This document shows, in pieces, positions 1-9,720 of a stretch of 64,000 nucleotides of DNA. The notes under the pieces were generated by a model. The model was not told the DNA's origin. It did no database searches and saw only the letters and a program-made list of their open reading frames with translations. Source of the stretch: a virus; IMG/VR virus record IMGVR_UViG_3300037488_001841, positions 11,555 to 75,554 of that record. One strand, given 5' to 3'. The number at the start of each line of letters is the position of its first letter. The first letter of the stretch is position 1. The position numbers and the translations under genes are program-made.

Positions 1-1
1 A

Positions 2-3000
2 ACTGCAAGACAATCAATTGAGGAAAATTTAACTGCACAATTGGCGGATCAAATGAGTGATACCTCATCAGGAATTGGGTTCGCACCAACTATGAGAAAT
101 ATTCTTGCGGTGTTCTTTGCTCAAGGTGAAGCGTTTTTACGTTTAATGGATGATGTCCACACTAAAGCGTGGAATTTAAGGGAAGACCCATATCGTAAAG
201 ATGCGGTGTTTGGAAGTAACTCAACGGTACCAAGTGTTGATATAAAAGGTGACGGTATAGAAAATACTCCAATTTATCCTTGGCCTCAATTAATTGTTGA
301 GAATACAAAGAATGATGGTGGTGAAAAATATGAATTAAAATATCCTGGTGACCCTGTTTTATCAAGTAAGTTGAAAGCGTTTATTCCTGAAATATGGCCT
401 GAGGTAGAATTTGTTGAAGAGTTTATTAAAGGTTATACGGAAAGAGAATTACCAATCCCCGATCCTGAATATACAAATAATGGTTTAACAAGGCCAAATA
501 GATTAAGTTTCAATGCTATTGAATTCCCAATTAATAATCAAGTATTTCAAAATACGGAAGAAGTTAAGTTTTTTTACGAAATTTATGAAAGATTAATGTT
601 AAATTCTTTCTATAGTTTAATGAGTAGAGATTCGGCTAAAATTTACAACATGGGATTTTATTCTGCTGAAGCTGAGGTTACGAACATTATAAAGGCGTTG
701 AGTGATGATAACCCATATTTAACAAAAAAATTAAAGGAATATAATATAAACTCTCAAGTTTATTTGGGTTTCCTAAGACATATTTCTAACCAAGGTGAAG
801 GTCAATCTTGGCAAAACTTTATTAGAGGTGAGTTTAATACAACATATATTAAAAATGAATCAACCAATCCTTTTGAACTTTTAGATGGTAAGATATTGGA
901 CAATGAAATATCACAACCAAACGTTGGTTTAGAAAATAGTGAATTAGTTGAAAAATATATTGGTGTTGATAATGTTCCTGAAACATATGGTATATGTGAT
1001 TTATATCCATTAACCAATTTAACTTGGGATAAAAATTATTTGGCAAATGGAACAATATTACAGAATAGTGAATCTGTGTATAAAACTTCGGATGTATTAA
1101 AATATAATTTAAATAACAAATCAATTGTTAATTTTAATGAAAATCAGGTTATAAAACCAATTACTAACTTTAATTATGCTAATAGTGTTTTTGATCAAAC
1201 AGTTTTTACGACTTTCTTAAAAACATTCTACCAAAATAGAGAAATAAAAAATCAATTCATTACTGAGGGTAATATTTTTTATAAAAACTATAATGGTAAT
1301 TTAATTGCGGATCAGACGACATCTATGTTGAATACCCCCTATTTTATAAATGCAATCCAAAAAGGAGTTTATAATTTTAGGTATAATAGTGGTGATCTTG
1401 CTCCGTATAAATTGGCGGCATATTTGTTTTTAAATAGTTTACCTTTAGCAACATTAAAAGAAAGATATAAATTAGTTGATGATACAAACAACACAACAAA
1501 TGAGTTGAGTTATATAATGTCAACAATTAAGAAATTTGGTGTGGTTCATAAATTACCATATGCTTGGGTTTTAAAATATGGTTCACTTTGGCACAGATAT
1601 AAAACTTGGGTTGATACGGGAAATGACATATTAAGTGATGTATGGAAAGATTTTAATTATTCATATAACTATGACCCTATTAATAGTGCGACAACTAAAA
1701 CATATGATGTTACGATTAATGGCGTACCTCAAGAAATAGTATTACAAGACAACTTAACTACAACTGTTGCTGGTAGTAATTACACTAAAACTGTTATAAA
1801 CAATGGGTTCTACCCTAAAACCTTGGATGACTTCAATGTGTTTTATCAAGGGAGAATGTTATTTGATGCGATGGTTCAAATTGGGGGGACCTGTGCGATT
1901 GTTAATGGAAATCAATTAGAAGTATTAACAATAAATGCGAATGAGATTATTGATGGTATGGTAATATCTGGTACAGGATTACAATATAATACAACAATAG
2001 TTTCACAAGTAAGTGGTACAACAGGAGGTGCTGGTAGATATAATATAATACCTAATCAAGTGCCAAACGGAACAACAATAACCCTAAATCAATTAGGACC
2101 TACATTAAACTTTATTATTACAAACCCTAATTCAATTGGATATACAAATCCCGAAGTACAATTAGCGTTAGATACGAAACTATCTATGGTTAAAACAACT
2201 GATTCAGTTATTAATAAAGCCATTGGTTTTGATCCTTTTGTTGTTAATAGGTCTTTAAGTTTAACTCCTTGGTCTTGTTATGTAAAAACAACTGATCCTG
2301 CCTTTGTTTATCCTTTACCTTCATTTGGGGGGTTAGTGAATCAAACAAAAGATGAATGTTTTAATATTAATGGTACTATAAAAACAGAAGTTGTTAATAA
2401 TCCGGCAATGTATAATGGTTCGGTAAGATTATTTTGGAAAGCACCTAACTACGGATACTACGATAATAGTAAGGTGGTCTCACCAGAGCCTGATAGTTAC
2501 TTAAAAGAAATTTACAATAGTGGTACAACACAACAGAATTTCTCTATTAATGGAGATGTTAATGACTACTCCAAATTGGATGAAATGTTTACAACTTTTG
2601 ATAAAGATGCATTAGATATATTGGAAATTGAATTTTTAAATTTTAGTAGATCGGTTTATGATTATGACACTTTAATTACTTCTATTAACGAAAATGAAAC
2701 GGAAAGTGAGAAATCATATAAAAATTTCCAAATGTTAATGAGAATGATGATGAAGGTTCCAACACCAACATCAACAGTGGATAATACAATTGTGGAGGAA
2801 ATACAAAATAGTCAAATTAAATCTTTTAAAACATATTTATCTGGTTTTATGAATTATGAGGTTGTTATGAAATATGGTAACCCATCTAATTTTAATAAAA
2901 AATTATTTTATACGTTCTCCAACAAATATATAGAAGATCCATATGTGTATCAGGGATATAAACAATCATCACCTAATACATTACCAACCGCAACACAAAG

Positions 3001-5044
3001 TCCTGTAACATTGGCTCAATCAAAGGCTAATAATCCTCAAACATGGAAAACGTTAGAGACATATGTTGGATTTTCTGAAATACCACAATTACAATATAAA
3101 AATACCGGTTCATATATAACGGATTTCTTTATTGATTTGGATGTACAATTTAATGAAAAGAATGTAATACAGTTTGCTCCGATTATAAAAATTTATGCGA
3201 CTCAAAAACTTAAAAATAATAATATTACAAGAAGTGAGTTTTACTCATTAATGAATGATTATTTAAATAAAAATGAGGATTATATTGATACTGTTCTTGA
3301 TTTGGAATTAACAAGATTGAGAAATAAATTACCGAATGTTATTGTAACTCCGGATAGAACAAGTGTAAAATCTGATTTACAGGGGGAACAAAGTAGATAC
3401 GAACTTTGGGATACATTCAAATCTATAAACGATAAGTTTATTTCGGGTAATGATTACAAAACTAAAACATTATTTGAGGATATATTATTATTTGATAGAG
3501 CAAGTAGGGATGTGGGTCAAAAAATTTATGCTGACATTTTTAAGGTAAAAGATTTAATTGAGTATGGTAAGTACAGTAATACTATGTTAGATATGGTTAC
3601 CACAATTTTAACTGAAAATAATTTTACTTATTTTACTATGCCGGCATATGCTAATTTTTATAACGTACAAGACGCTAGTAAAAACCCAACACCAAATCCT
3701 GAGGGAACTTTAGAGTTTGCTAATTCGTTATTTGGTACATTTCTAAGTTTGGATTATAGAGATACAACTTCAAAGTTTTTATGTTTATATGCTAACAAAC
3801 CTAGTGAACATTTGGCGTTAAATGATAATGTGGATTATCGTTTTAGGGATGATGCGTTTGATTTAAGAAGGGCAAGTGACAATCCATTACTTGATAATCT
3901 AAATGGAAAAACAGATTGGGACAAATCAAATAAAGTTGTTGGATTTAATGTGGACATTGGACCTCAAAACCAACAAATATTCAAACAGTTTGACATTTCT
4001 CAAGATCCTGGTATGCCAACAACGGAGTCGTTAGAGGTATTAAACCAAATGGCAAACTTGAATCGTAATAGAAGTGAATCAACACAGAGTGTTTCGTTAT
4101 ATAATCTTTATAGAAATAGAAGTTATAAGTGTAACATTGATATGTTAGGTAATGCAATGATTCAACCGATGATGTACTTCAATTTAAGAAATGTTCCTAT
4201 GTTTAGTGGTCCATATATGATTTTAAAGGTATCACATAGAATAAGTGAAAATGGGTTTGATACAGAATTTGAAGGTCAAAGACAACCATTTTATAGTATA
4301 CCGGCAATAGATAAATTTTTACAATCTTTAAGTACTAAAATTTTAGAAACAATACGGGAACAAATTGTAAAAGAAGAAACAGCATTACTTGAATCTGAAA
4401 GTAATATTTTACAAGAACAAAGTGACATTATTAATAATGCAAATAACGGTAATGGATTATTAACAACTAACCAAAACTGTTCGGATAAATTAAATAGTTC
4501 TTATGTGAGTTATACAAATGAAACTCCGATTAAAACAACATTAACTTTAAAAAATGCCATTGATATAATAAAAGTTGAAATGAATAACGCTAATATAACA
4601 ACAAACAATCAAACATTAATGTTGGCATTTTTATTCTCTGTCATGTATATTGATTCGTATAAATCCGATAAATTTGAGGCATATGGTCATAATTATGGAT
4701 CAATAAGATTAGATGTTTCTTATGGAGGAGCGGCTTCTCTTATGGAGAATAAGTACTATTGTGTTAATCAAGGTACTACCCAAAATATACCTCTTGCTAC
4801 TTTTAGCACTGATAGTGCGTTTATTAGATTTGCCATTACCAAATTTAAAGAAAAACTTTCTTATATACAAAATCAACCATTATCAACTGAAGATGAACAA
4901 ATAAAGGCTTTATCAAAAACATTCATATTAAGGTGGCCTGTTAACCAACCTGATAATGTATATGAAAAAATGACCGAACAAGATAAAAAAACAGTAGAGA
5001 ATAAATTCAGGAAGGCATTTGATATTGTTAAATCAATAAACTAA
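2..5044 (+). CDS. Giant virion protein, probable baseplate hub/tail protein (5' end lies upstream of the window)
   Basis: The frame is open from position 2 (TARQSIEENLTAQLADQM...), so the TTG at 41 is not the real start. The C-terminal RSYKCNIDMLGNAMIQPMMYFNLRNVPMFSGPYMILKVSHRISENGFDTEFEG resembles the gpD/gp27/VgrG hub beta-barrel. N/T-rich composition. Confidence 0.55.
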   Translation, partial: TARQSIEENLTAQLADQMSDTSSGIGFAPTMRNILAVFFAQGEAFLRLMDDVHTKAWNLREDPYRKDAVFGSNSTVPSVDIKGDGIENTPIYPWPQLIVENTKNDGGEKYELKYPGDPVLSSKLKAFIPEIWPEVEFVEEFIKGYTERELPIPDPEYTNNGLTRPNRLSFNAIEFPINNQVFQNTEEVKFFYEIYERLMLNSFYSLMSRDSAKIYNMGFYSAEAEVTNIIKALSDDNPYLTKKLKEYNINSQVYLGFLRHISNQGEGQSWQNFIRGEFNTTYIKNESTNPFELLDGKILDNEISQPNVGLENSELVEKYIGVDNVPETYGICDLYPLTNLTWDKNYLANGTILQNSESVYKTSDVLKYNLNNKSIVNFNENQVIKPITNFNYANSVFDQTVFTTFLKTFYQNREIKNQFITEGNIFYKNYNGNLIADQTTSMLNTPYFINAIQKGVYNFRYNSGDLAPYKLAAYLFLNSLPLATLKERYKLVDDTNNTTNELSYIMSTIKKFGVVHKLPYAWVLKYGSLWHRYKTWVDTGNDILSDVWKDFNYSYNYDPINSATTKTYDVTINGVPQEIVLQDNLTTTVAGSNYTKTVINNGFYPKTLDDFNVFYQGRMLFDAMVQIGGTCAIVNGNQLEVLTINANEIIDGMVISGTGLQYNTTIVSQVSGTTGGAGRYNIIPNQVPNGTTITLNQLGPTLNFIITNPNSIGYTNPEVQLALDTKLSMVKTTDSVINKAIGFDPFVVNRSLSLTPWSCYVKTTDPAFVYPLPSFGGLVNQTKDECFNINGTIKTEVVNNPAMYNGSVRLFWKAPNYGYYDNSKVVSPEPDSYLKEIYNSGTTQQNFSINGDVNDYSKLDEMFTTFDKDALDILEIEFLNFSRSVYDYDTLITSINENETESEKSYKNFQMLMRMMMKVPTPTSTVDNTIVEEIQNSQIKSFKTYLSGFMNYEVVMKYGNPSNFNKKLFYTFSNKYIEDPYVYQGYKQSSPNTLPTATQSPVTLAQSKANNPQTWKTLETYVGFSEIPQLQYKNTGSYITDFFIDLDVQFNEKNVIQFAPIIKIYATQKLKNNNITRSEFYSLMNDYLNKNEDYIDTVLDLELTRLRNKLPNVIVTPDRTSVKSDLQGEQSRYELWDTFKSINDKFISGNDYKTKTLFEDILLFDRASRDVGQKIYADIFKVKDLIEYGKYSNTMLDMVTTILTENNFTYFTMPAYANFYNVQDASKNPTPNPEGTLEFANSLFGTFLSLDYRDTTSKFLCLYANKPSEHLALNDNVDYRFRDDAFDLRRASDNPLLDNLNGKTDWDKSNKVVGFNVDIGPQNQQIFKQFDISQDPGMPTTESLEVLNQMANLNRNRSESTQSVSLYNLYRNRSYKCNIDMLGNAMIQPMMYFNLRNVPMFSGPYMILKVSHRISENGFDTEFEGQRQPFYSIPAIDKFLQSLSTKILETIREQIVKEETALLESESNILQEQSDIINNANNGNGLLTTNQNCSDKLNSSYVSYTNETPIKTTLTLKNAIDIIKVEMNNANITTNNQTLMLAFLFSVMYIDSYKSDKFEAYGHNYGSIRLDVSYGGAASLMENKYYCVNQGTTQNIPLATFSTDSAFIRFAITKFKEKLSYIQNQPLSTEDEQIKALSKTFILRWPVNQPDNVYEKMTEQDKKTVENKFRKAFDIVKSIN

Positions 5045-5071
5045 CAAAATGTTTTTTTTTGTTTTATTAGA

Positions 5072-5078
5072 TATTTAT
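5072..5078 (+). promoter_or_regulatory. TATTTAT motif, putative late promoter
   Basis: gaTATTTATaa lies 12 nt before ATG 5091; the same motif precedes many structural genes. Confidence 0.55.
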
Positions 5079-5090
5079 AATAAAAAAACT

Positions 5091-5315
5091 ATGAGCACAA
5101 AATTAATTTTAGACAACTATCTTGGTAAGAATACCAGAATGTCAGAGAAAGATGCGGGTAACGGATTTAAAGAGGTATGTGATTTAGATACCGGAGATTG
5201 TTATACAATAAGAATGAAAGATGGATTAATTGAGCGTGTGGATAATACAATGAACACACATAAAAAAATCCAAGTTGAAACTAAAAGTGGAATTAAACAA
5301 TTATTAAACGGTTAA
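5091..5315 (+). CDS. Hypothetical protein (74 aa, MSTKLILDNYL...)
   Basis: Start moved to ATG 5091, after an A-rich leader and the TATTTAT motif. Confidence 0.75.
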   Translation: MSTKLILDNYLGKNTRMSEKDAGNGFKEVCDLDTGDCYTIRMKDGLIERVDNTMNTHKKIQVETKSGIKQLLNG

Positions 5316-5316
5316 A

Positions 5317-5928
5317 ATGGCAATAGATAAAAAAATTTTAGAAGAAATTAAAAGACATAATAATATTAATAAATATATTATGGAACAAGGTGAATTACCT
5401 CCACCTCCGGCTGAGGCAGCACCTGCAATACCATCTCCTGAGGTTGCACCTGCGGCACCGGTGGCTCCTGAGGTACCACCAACACCACAACCTGTGGATA
5501 TTGAAAATGATCCTGATGTTGAGGAAGTAGGTAATGAAACTGAAGAATTAGACATTACTGATTTAGTTGATACCCAAAAAACTTTTGCCGATAAGCAAGA
5601 AGAGTATTTTAATAATCTTTTTAGTCAATTACAAAATCTTGAAAGTAAATTAGGTGAAATGGATAACTTAGTTAATACCGTTAATAATTTAGAGGTAAAG
5701 ATTGAAAAAATGAGACCTAAAACACCTGAAGAAAAATTAGAACTAAGAAGTTTAGATTCAGGACCCTTCAATCAAAAATTAAGTGAATTCTTTGACGATA
5801 AAGCGGATGATATGGAAAAATCAGGAAAGAATGAATATGTTTTAACTACAGATGAGGTTGAAGAATATTCCCCAAGTGAAATCAAAGGAAGTTTTCGTGA
5901 ATACGATGACGAAGACGAATTTATGTAA
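5317..5928 (+). CDS. Acidic Pro/Ala-rich coiled-coil protein, possible head/scaffold-associated
   Basis: ORF track; N-terminal KKILEEIKR..IMEQ, PAPEV-rich linker, coiled coil. Confidence 0.6.
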   Translation: MAIDKKILEEIKRHNNINKYIMEQGELPPPPAEAAPAIPSPEVAPAAPVAPEVPPTPQPVDIENDPDVEEVGNETEELDITDLVDTQKTFADKQEEYFNNLFSQLQNLESKLGEMDNLVNTVNNLEVKIEKMRPKTPEEKLELRSLDSGPFNQKLSEFFDDKADDMEKSGKNEYVLTTDEVEEYSPSEIKGSFREYDDEDEFM

Positions 5929-5932
5929 TACG

Positions 5933-5960
5933 TGGGGTGTCTAACACCCCAATTTTTTTT
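5933..5960 (+). terminator. Rho-independent terminator
   Basis: Hairpin tggggtgt-cta-acacccca followed by a T run. Confidence 0.85.
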
Positions 5961-5971
5961 AATATACCTTA

Positions 5972-6000
5972 TTGACTACTACTTTTATTTAACTTATATT
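5972..6000 (+). promoter_or_regulatory. Sigma70-type promoter for SSB operon
   Basis: TTGACT-N17-TATATT. Confidence 0.7.
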
Positions 6001-6032
6001 TCTACTGTAAACTTTTAATTAATATATATAAT

Positions 6033-6899
6033 ATGGCGACAAACAATGTTTTAGATGCGGTTTTGGCTCAGTATGAGAACTCAAAACAAAGTGGTTCTTC
6101 TTCCACTTCAAAAATGTCTCAAGAAGAAAGAATGAAAAAGTATTTCGCGGCAATCCTTAAAGACAGCGAAAAACAAGGACAAAGAAAAATCCGTATTTTA
6201 CCTACAACTGATGGATCATCTCCTTTTAAAGAGGTTTGGTTCCACGAAATCAATGTTGATGGAAAATGGCAGAAGTTCTATGATCCGGGAAAAAATGACA
6301 ACGAACGTTCACCTTTGAATGAGGTTTACGAAGAGTTAATGTCAACAGGTCGTGAATCAGACAAACAATTAGCAACACAATACAAAGCTCGTAAGTTTTA
6401 TATTGTTAAAGTGGTTGACCGAGATCACGAAGAAGACGGTGTTAAATTTTGGAGATTTAAACACAACTACAAACAAGAAGGAATCCTTGATAAAATTATT
6501 CCAATTTGGAAAGCAAAGGGAGATGTTACCGATTCAGATAATGGACGTGATTTAATCCTTGAACTTACAAAGGCAAAGACACCAAAAGGTGCAACATATA
6601 CAGTTATTCAAACTGTAATGTATGACGATCCAACACCAACACATGAAGACGCTGAACAAGCATCTACATGGATCAACGATGAGTTGACATGGGAAGACGT
6701 TTATTCTAAAAAACCTGTTGAATATCTTGAAGCAATTGCAAGAGGTGAAACTCCAAGATGGGATACAGATGCGGGTAAATACATCTACTCTAATAGTGAA
6801 CAATCAGAAGTTTCAATGGGAGGATCAACTCCAAAATCAATTAATGAGGTTGCAGATCCTCAGGTAAATGATGTTGAGGACGAAGATTTACCGTTCTAA
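6033..6899 (+). CDS. Single-stranded DNA-binding protein (T4 gp32-like)
   Basis: IRILP..PF.EVWFH, YIVKVVDR, G.DL.LE.TK; acidic C-terminal tail EDEDLPF; heads the replication block. Confidence 0.8.
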   Translation: MATNNVLDAVLAQYENSKQSGSSSTSKMSQEERMKKYFAAILKDSEKQGQRKIRILPTTDGSSPFKEVWFHEINVDGKWQKFYDPGKNDNERSPLNEVYEELMSTGRESDKQLATQYKARKFYIVKVVDRDHEEDGVKFWRFKHNYKQEGILDKIIPIWKAKGDVTDSDNGRDLILELTKAKTPKGATYTVIQTVMYDDPTPTHEDAEQASTWINDELTWEDVYSKKPVEYLEAIARGETPRWDTDAGKYIYSNSEQSEVSMGGSTPKSINEVADPQVNDVEDEDLPF

Positions 6900-6914
6900 T
6901 TAAATTAATAACTT

Positions 6915-6955
6915 ATACTAGGACACTCTGTCTATGTTAGTGTCCTAGTATTTTT
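6915..6955 (+). terminator. Stem-loop terminator/attenuator after SSB
   Basis: 13-bp perfect stem atactaggacact/agtgtcctagtat followed by Ts. Confidence 0.7.
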
Positions 6956-6967
6956 AAATCAAACAAA

Positions 6968-7189
6968 ATGAATAAGATTTCAGAAAAAATGTATGAGGCA
7001 TTGACCTTAAAATATCGCTCAGAAATGGCGGAAACTGAAGCAACTTTATTAGTGTATTTTACAAATCCTGTTGGTATTGGAGAACATCCACAACATATTG
7101 AGGAAATGGATGGTTTAGTTGAAAAAATGGTTAACGCAAAAGATAAACTTGAAATGCTAGAAGTGTTTCACAAATATAATTTAAAATAA
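6968..7189 (+). CDS. Conserved small phage protein (PVGIGEHP motif)
   Basis: NPVGIGEHP motif recalled from small T4-like phage proteins. Confidence 0.7.
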   Translation: MNKISEKMYEALTLKYRSEMAETEATLLVYFTNPVGIGEHPQHIEEMDGLVEKMVNAKDKLEMLEVFHKYNLK

Positions 7190-7190
7190 T

Positions 7191-8198
7191 ATGGCAATTA
7201 AGAAGAATGACTTTAGTTCATTAAAGAAGAAATTTTCCACTTCGGCAAAATACAAACCACAACGTTTCTTTGATTTGGGGTCTGAATTCTTAGATGCTGT
7301 TGGTTTACCTGGCCCTGCGATTGGACACCTTAATATGTTGTTAGGTCACTCTGATACGGGAAAAACTACTGCACTTGTTAAAACTGCGGTAGATGCTCAA
7401 AAGAAAGGTATTCTTCCTGTGTTTATTATTACAGAACAAAAATGGTCCTTTGAACACGCAAAATTGATGGGATTTGAATGTGATGAAGTAGTGGATACAG
7501 AAACAGGGGAAGTAGATTGGGATGGGTTTTATATATTCAATAATGATTTTGATTATATTGAGCAAATTACAGATTATGTTAACCAATTATTGGATGCTCA
7601 AGATAAAGGTGAATTAGATTATTCATTATGTTTCTTATGGGATTCAGTTGGATCGGTTCCTTGTAAAATGACTTATGAGGGTAAAGGAGGTAAACAACAC
7701 AATGCAAGTGTTTTAGCTGACAAAATTGGTATGGGTATTAACCAACGAATTTCAGGATCTCGTAAAGCAGATTCTAAATTTGAAAATACCTTAATCATTG
7801 TTAATCAACCTTGGGTAGAATTACCTGACAATCCATTTGGTCAACCTAAGATCAAAGCAAAAGGTGGTGAAGCAATTTGGTTAAACTCTTCTTTGGTATT
7901 CTTATTTGGTAATCAAAAAGGTGCGGGAACAACAAAGATTACGGCAACAAAAGACAAGAGAACTGTAAAGTTTGCTTCAAGAACAAAAGTGTCGGTTATG
8001 AAAAACCACATCAATGGTCTTGGTTTTGAAGACGGAAGAATTATTGTGACACCACACGGATTCTTACCTGGTAAAGATACCACAGAAGAAAAAGCATCAA
8101 TAGAAAAGTATAAAAAAGAATATGCTGACTATTGGAAAGATATAATCGGAGTAGATGGTGACTTTGATTTGAAAGCAGAAAAAGAAGAAGTTGAGTAG
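7191..8198 (+). CDS. uvsX: RecA/UvsX-like recombinase
   Basis: Walker A GHSDTGKT, Walker B FLWDSVG, IIVNQ, GGEA, KNHI. Confidence 0.85.
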   Translation: MAIKKNDFSSLKKKFSTSAKYKPQRFFDLGSEFLDAVGLPGPAIGHLNMLLGHSDTGKTTALVKTAVDAQKKGILPVFIITEQKWSFEHAKLMGFECDEVVDTETGEVDWDGFYIFNNDFDYIEQITDYVNQLLDAQDKGELDYSLCFLWDSVGSVPCKMTYEGKGGKQHNASVLADKIGMGINQRISGSRKADSKFENTLIIVNQPWVELPDNPFGQPKIKAKGGEAIWLNSSLVFLFGNQKGAGTTKITATKDKRTVKFASRTKVSVMKNHINGLGFEDGRIIVTPHGFLPGKDTTEEKASIEKYKKEYADYWKDIIGVDGDFDLKAEKEEVE

Positions 8199-8218
8199 TA
8201 ACAATTAAATTAAAAAAA

Positions 8219-9226
8219 ATGTCAAAAACCTTATTGGTTGATGGTAACAATTTATTAAAGATAGGATTTCACGGGGCTCGTGACCTTTACAATAAAGGTG
8301 AACACGTCGGTGGTATTTGGCACTTTTTGAATACGTTACGTAAATTCTTAGAAGAAACTAACTTCAATAAAGTAGTTGTATTTTGGGATAGTAAAACAAG
8401 CTCTTCACAGAGAAGAATACTATACCCAAAGTACAAACTAAATCGTAATCCTTTAGAAAACGAAAGTAAGGAAGAATCATTTAGTAATCAAAAACAGAGA
8501 GTTAAACAATATCTTGAAGAGATGTTTGTAAGACAATTGGAGACAGAAAATTCGGAAGCGGATGATCTTATTGCTCACTACTGTAAAGTGTCTTCAGATG
8601 AAGAAAAAACCATATTCTCAAGTGATAGAGATTTAACTCAGTTGATATCAGAAAAGGTATCAATTTATTCCCCCCAAGCAAAAAGATACTTTAAGTTCGG
8701 TGATAAAATTAAACTTAAAGATTATGAATTTCCACATAATAACGTAAAGACCGTTAAAATATTGACGGGAGATAGTTCAGATAACATTGATGGTATATTT
8801 TACCTCGGAGAGAAAACTTTAGTTAAGTTTTTTCCTGAGATACTTGATTCAGAGGTTTCTTTTACCGATATTTTAACAAAAGGTGAAGAGTTACTGAAAG
8901 AAAACAAAGATGTTGTTGTTCTACAAAATTTACTCAGTGGGAAGACAAAAGAGGGGATTTACGGAGATGAGTTTTTTGTTGTTAATCAAAAAATAGTTGA
9001 TTTATCTGAACCTTTAATATCCGATGAGGGAAAAGAATTAGTTGAAATGTACCAATCAGAGTCGATGGATCCCGACGGTAGAGGACATAGAAATCTAATT
9101 AGAATGATGATGGAAGATGGGTTCTTCAAATACCTACCAAAGGGAGATGATAATTGGGTTAATTTCTTAAAACCATTTTTGAAATTATCAAGAAAAGAAA
9201 AAACAAAATTTAGAAACAAAAAGTAA
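8219..9226 (+). CDS. 5'-3' exonuclease / flap endonuclease (T4 RNase H-like)
   Basis: LLVDGNNL, YK.NR, EADDLIA, SSDRDL.QL, GDSSDNIDGI..LGEKT. Confidence 0.9.
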   Translation: MSKTLLVDGNNLLKIGFHGARDLYNKGEHVGGIWHFLNTLRKFLEETNFNKVVVFWDSKTSSSQRRILYPKYKLNRNPLENESKEESFSNQKQRVKQYLEEMFVRQLETENSEADDLIAHYCKVSSDEEKTIFSSDRDLTQLISEKVSIYSPQAKRYFKFGDKIKLKDYEFPHNNVKTVKILTGDSSDNIDGIFYLGEKTLVKFFPEILDSEVSFTDILTKGEELLKENKDVVVLQNLLSGKTKEGIYGDEFFVVNQKIVDLSEPLISDEGKELVEMYQSESMDPDGRGHRNLIRMMMEDGFFKYLPKGDDNWVNFLKPFLKLSRKEKTKFRNKK

Positions 9227-9236
9227 AAACAAAATT

Positions 9237-9686
9237 ATGAGAGATCAAGATGTAACAAAGGTAGAGTTTTTGTTAATGTGTAATGATAACATCGTAGTAC
9301 AACGATTTTTTAATGTGAAAGGTTTTAATAGAAGCGCTCACAAATCAGAAGAGTTTTACGATTATATCCGTAGTTTTACAGAAAAACTACAATACAATTT
9401 AAAGATGAGAAGTATTGTCTATATGCTAGACAATAAATATGAAATAGGGGAGAACCCTGAGATGTTAAATACGTCAATTACTGACGGTCCTGAAAATTTT
9501 AATGTGTATATTAAGGTTGGGGACATGACAATTTGTCAGAGAACTTTTGATGCTAAACTATACCCACCAAAGGTAAGATACACCGTAGACCTACGCCCAC
9601 AACTAAAAGGTATACTAAGTGACCTGACTGACATTTTTTCAGGCAAAAATTTTAATTTTTATTATCCCGAATTTATCCAAAACTAA
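9237..9686 (+). CDS. Hypothetical protein in replication operon
   Basis: ORF track; tight operon spacing. Confidence 0.75.
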   Translation: MRDQDVTKVEFLLMCNDNIVVQRFFNVKGFNRSAHKSEEFYDYIRSFTEKLQYNLKMRSIVYMLDNKYEIGENPEMLNTSITDGPENFNVYIKVGDMTICQRTFDAKLYPPKVRYTVDLRPQLKGILSDLTDIFSGKNFNFYYPEFIQN

Positions 9687-9720
9687 TAGTATTTATCTTT
9701 ACTAACAGAAGGAAAATTAT

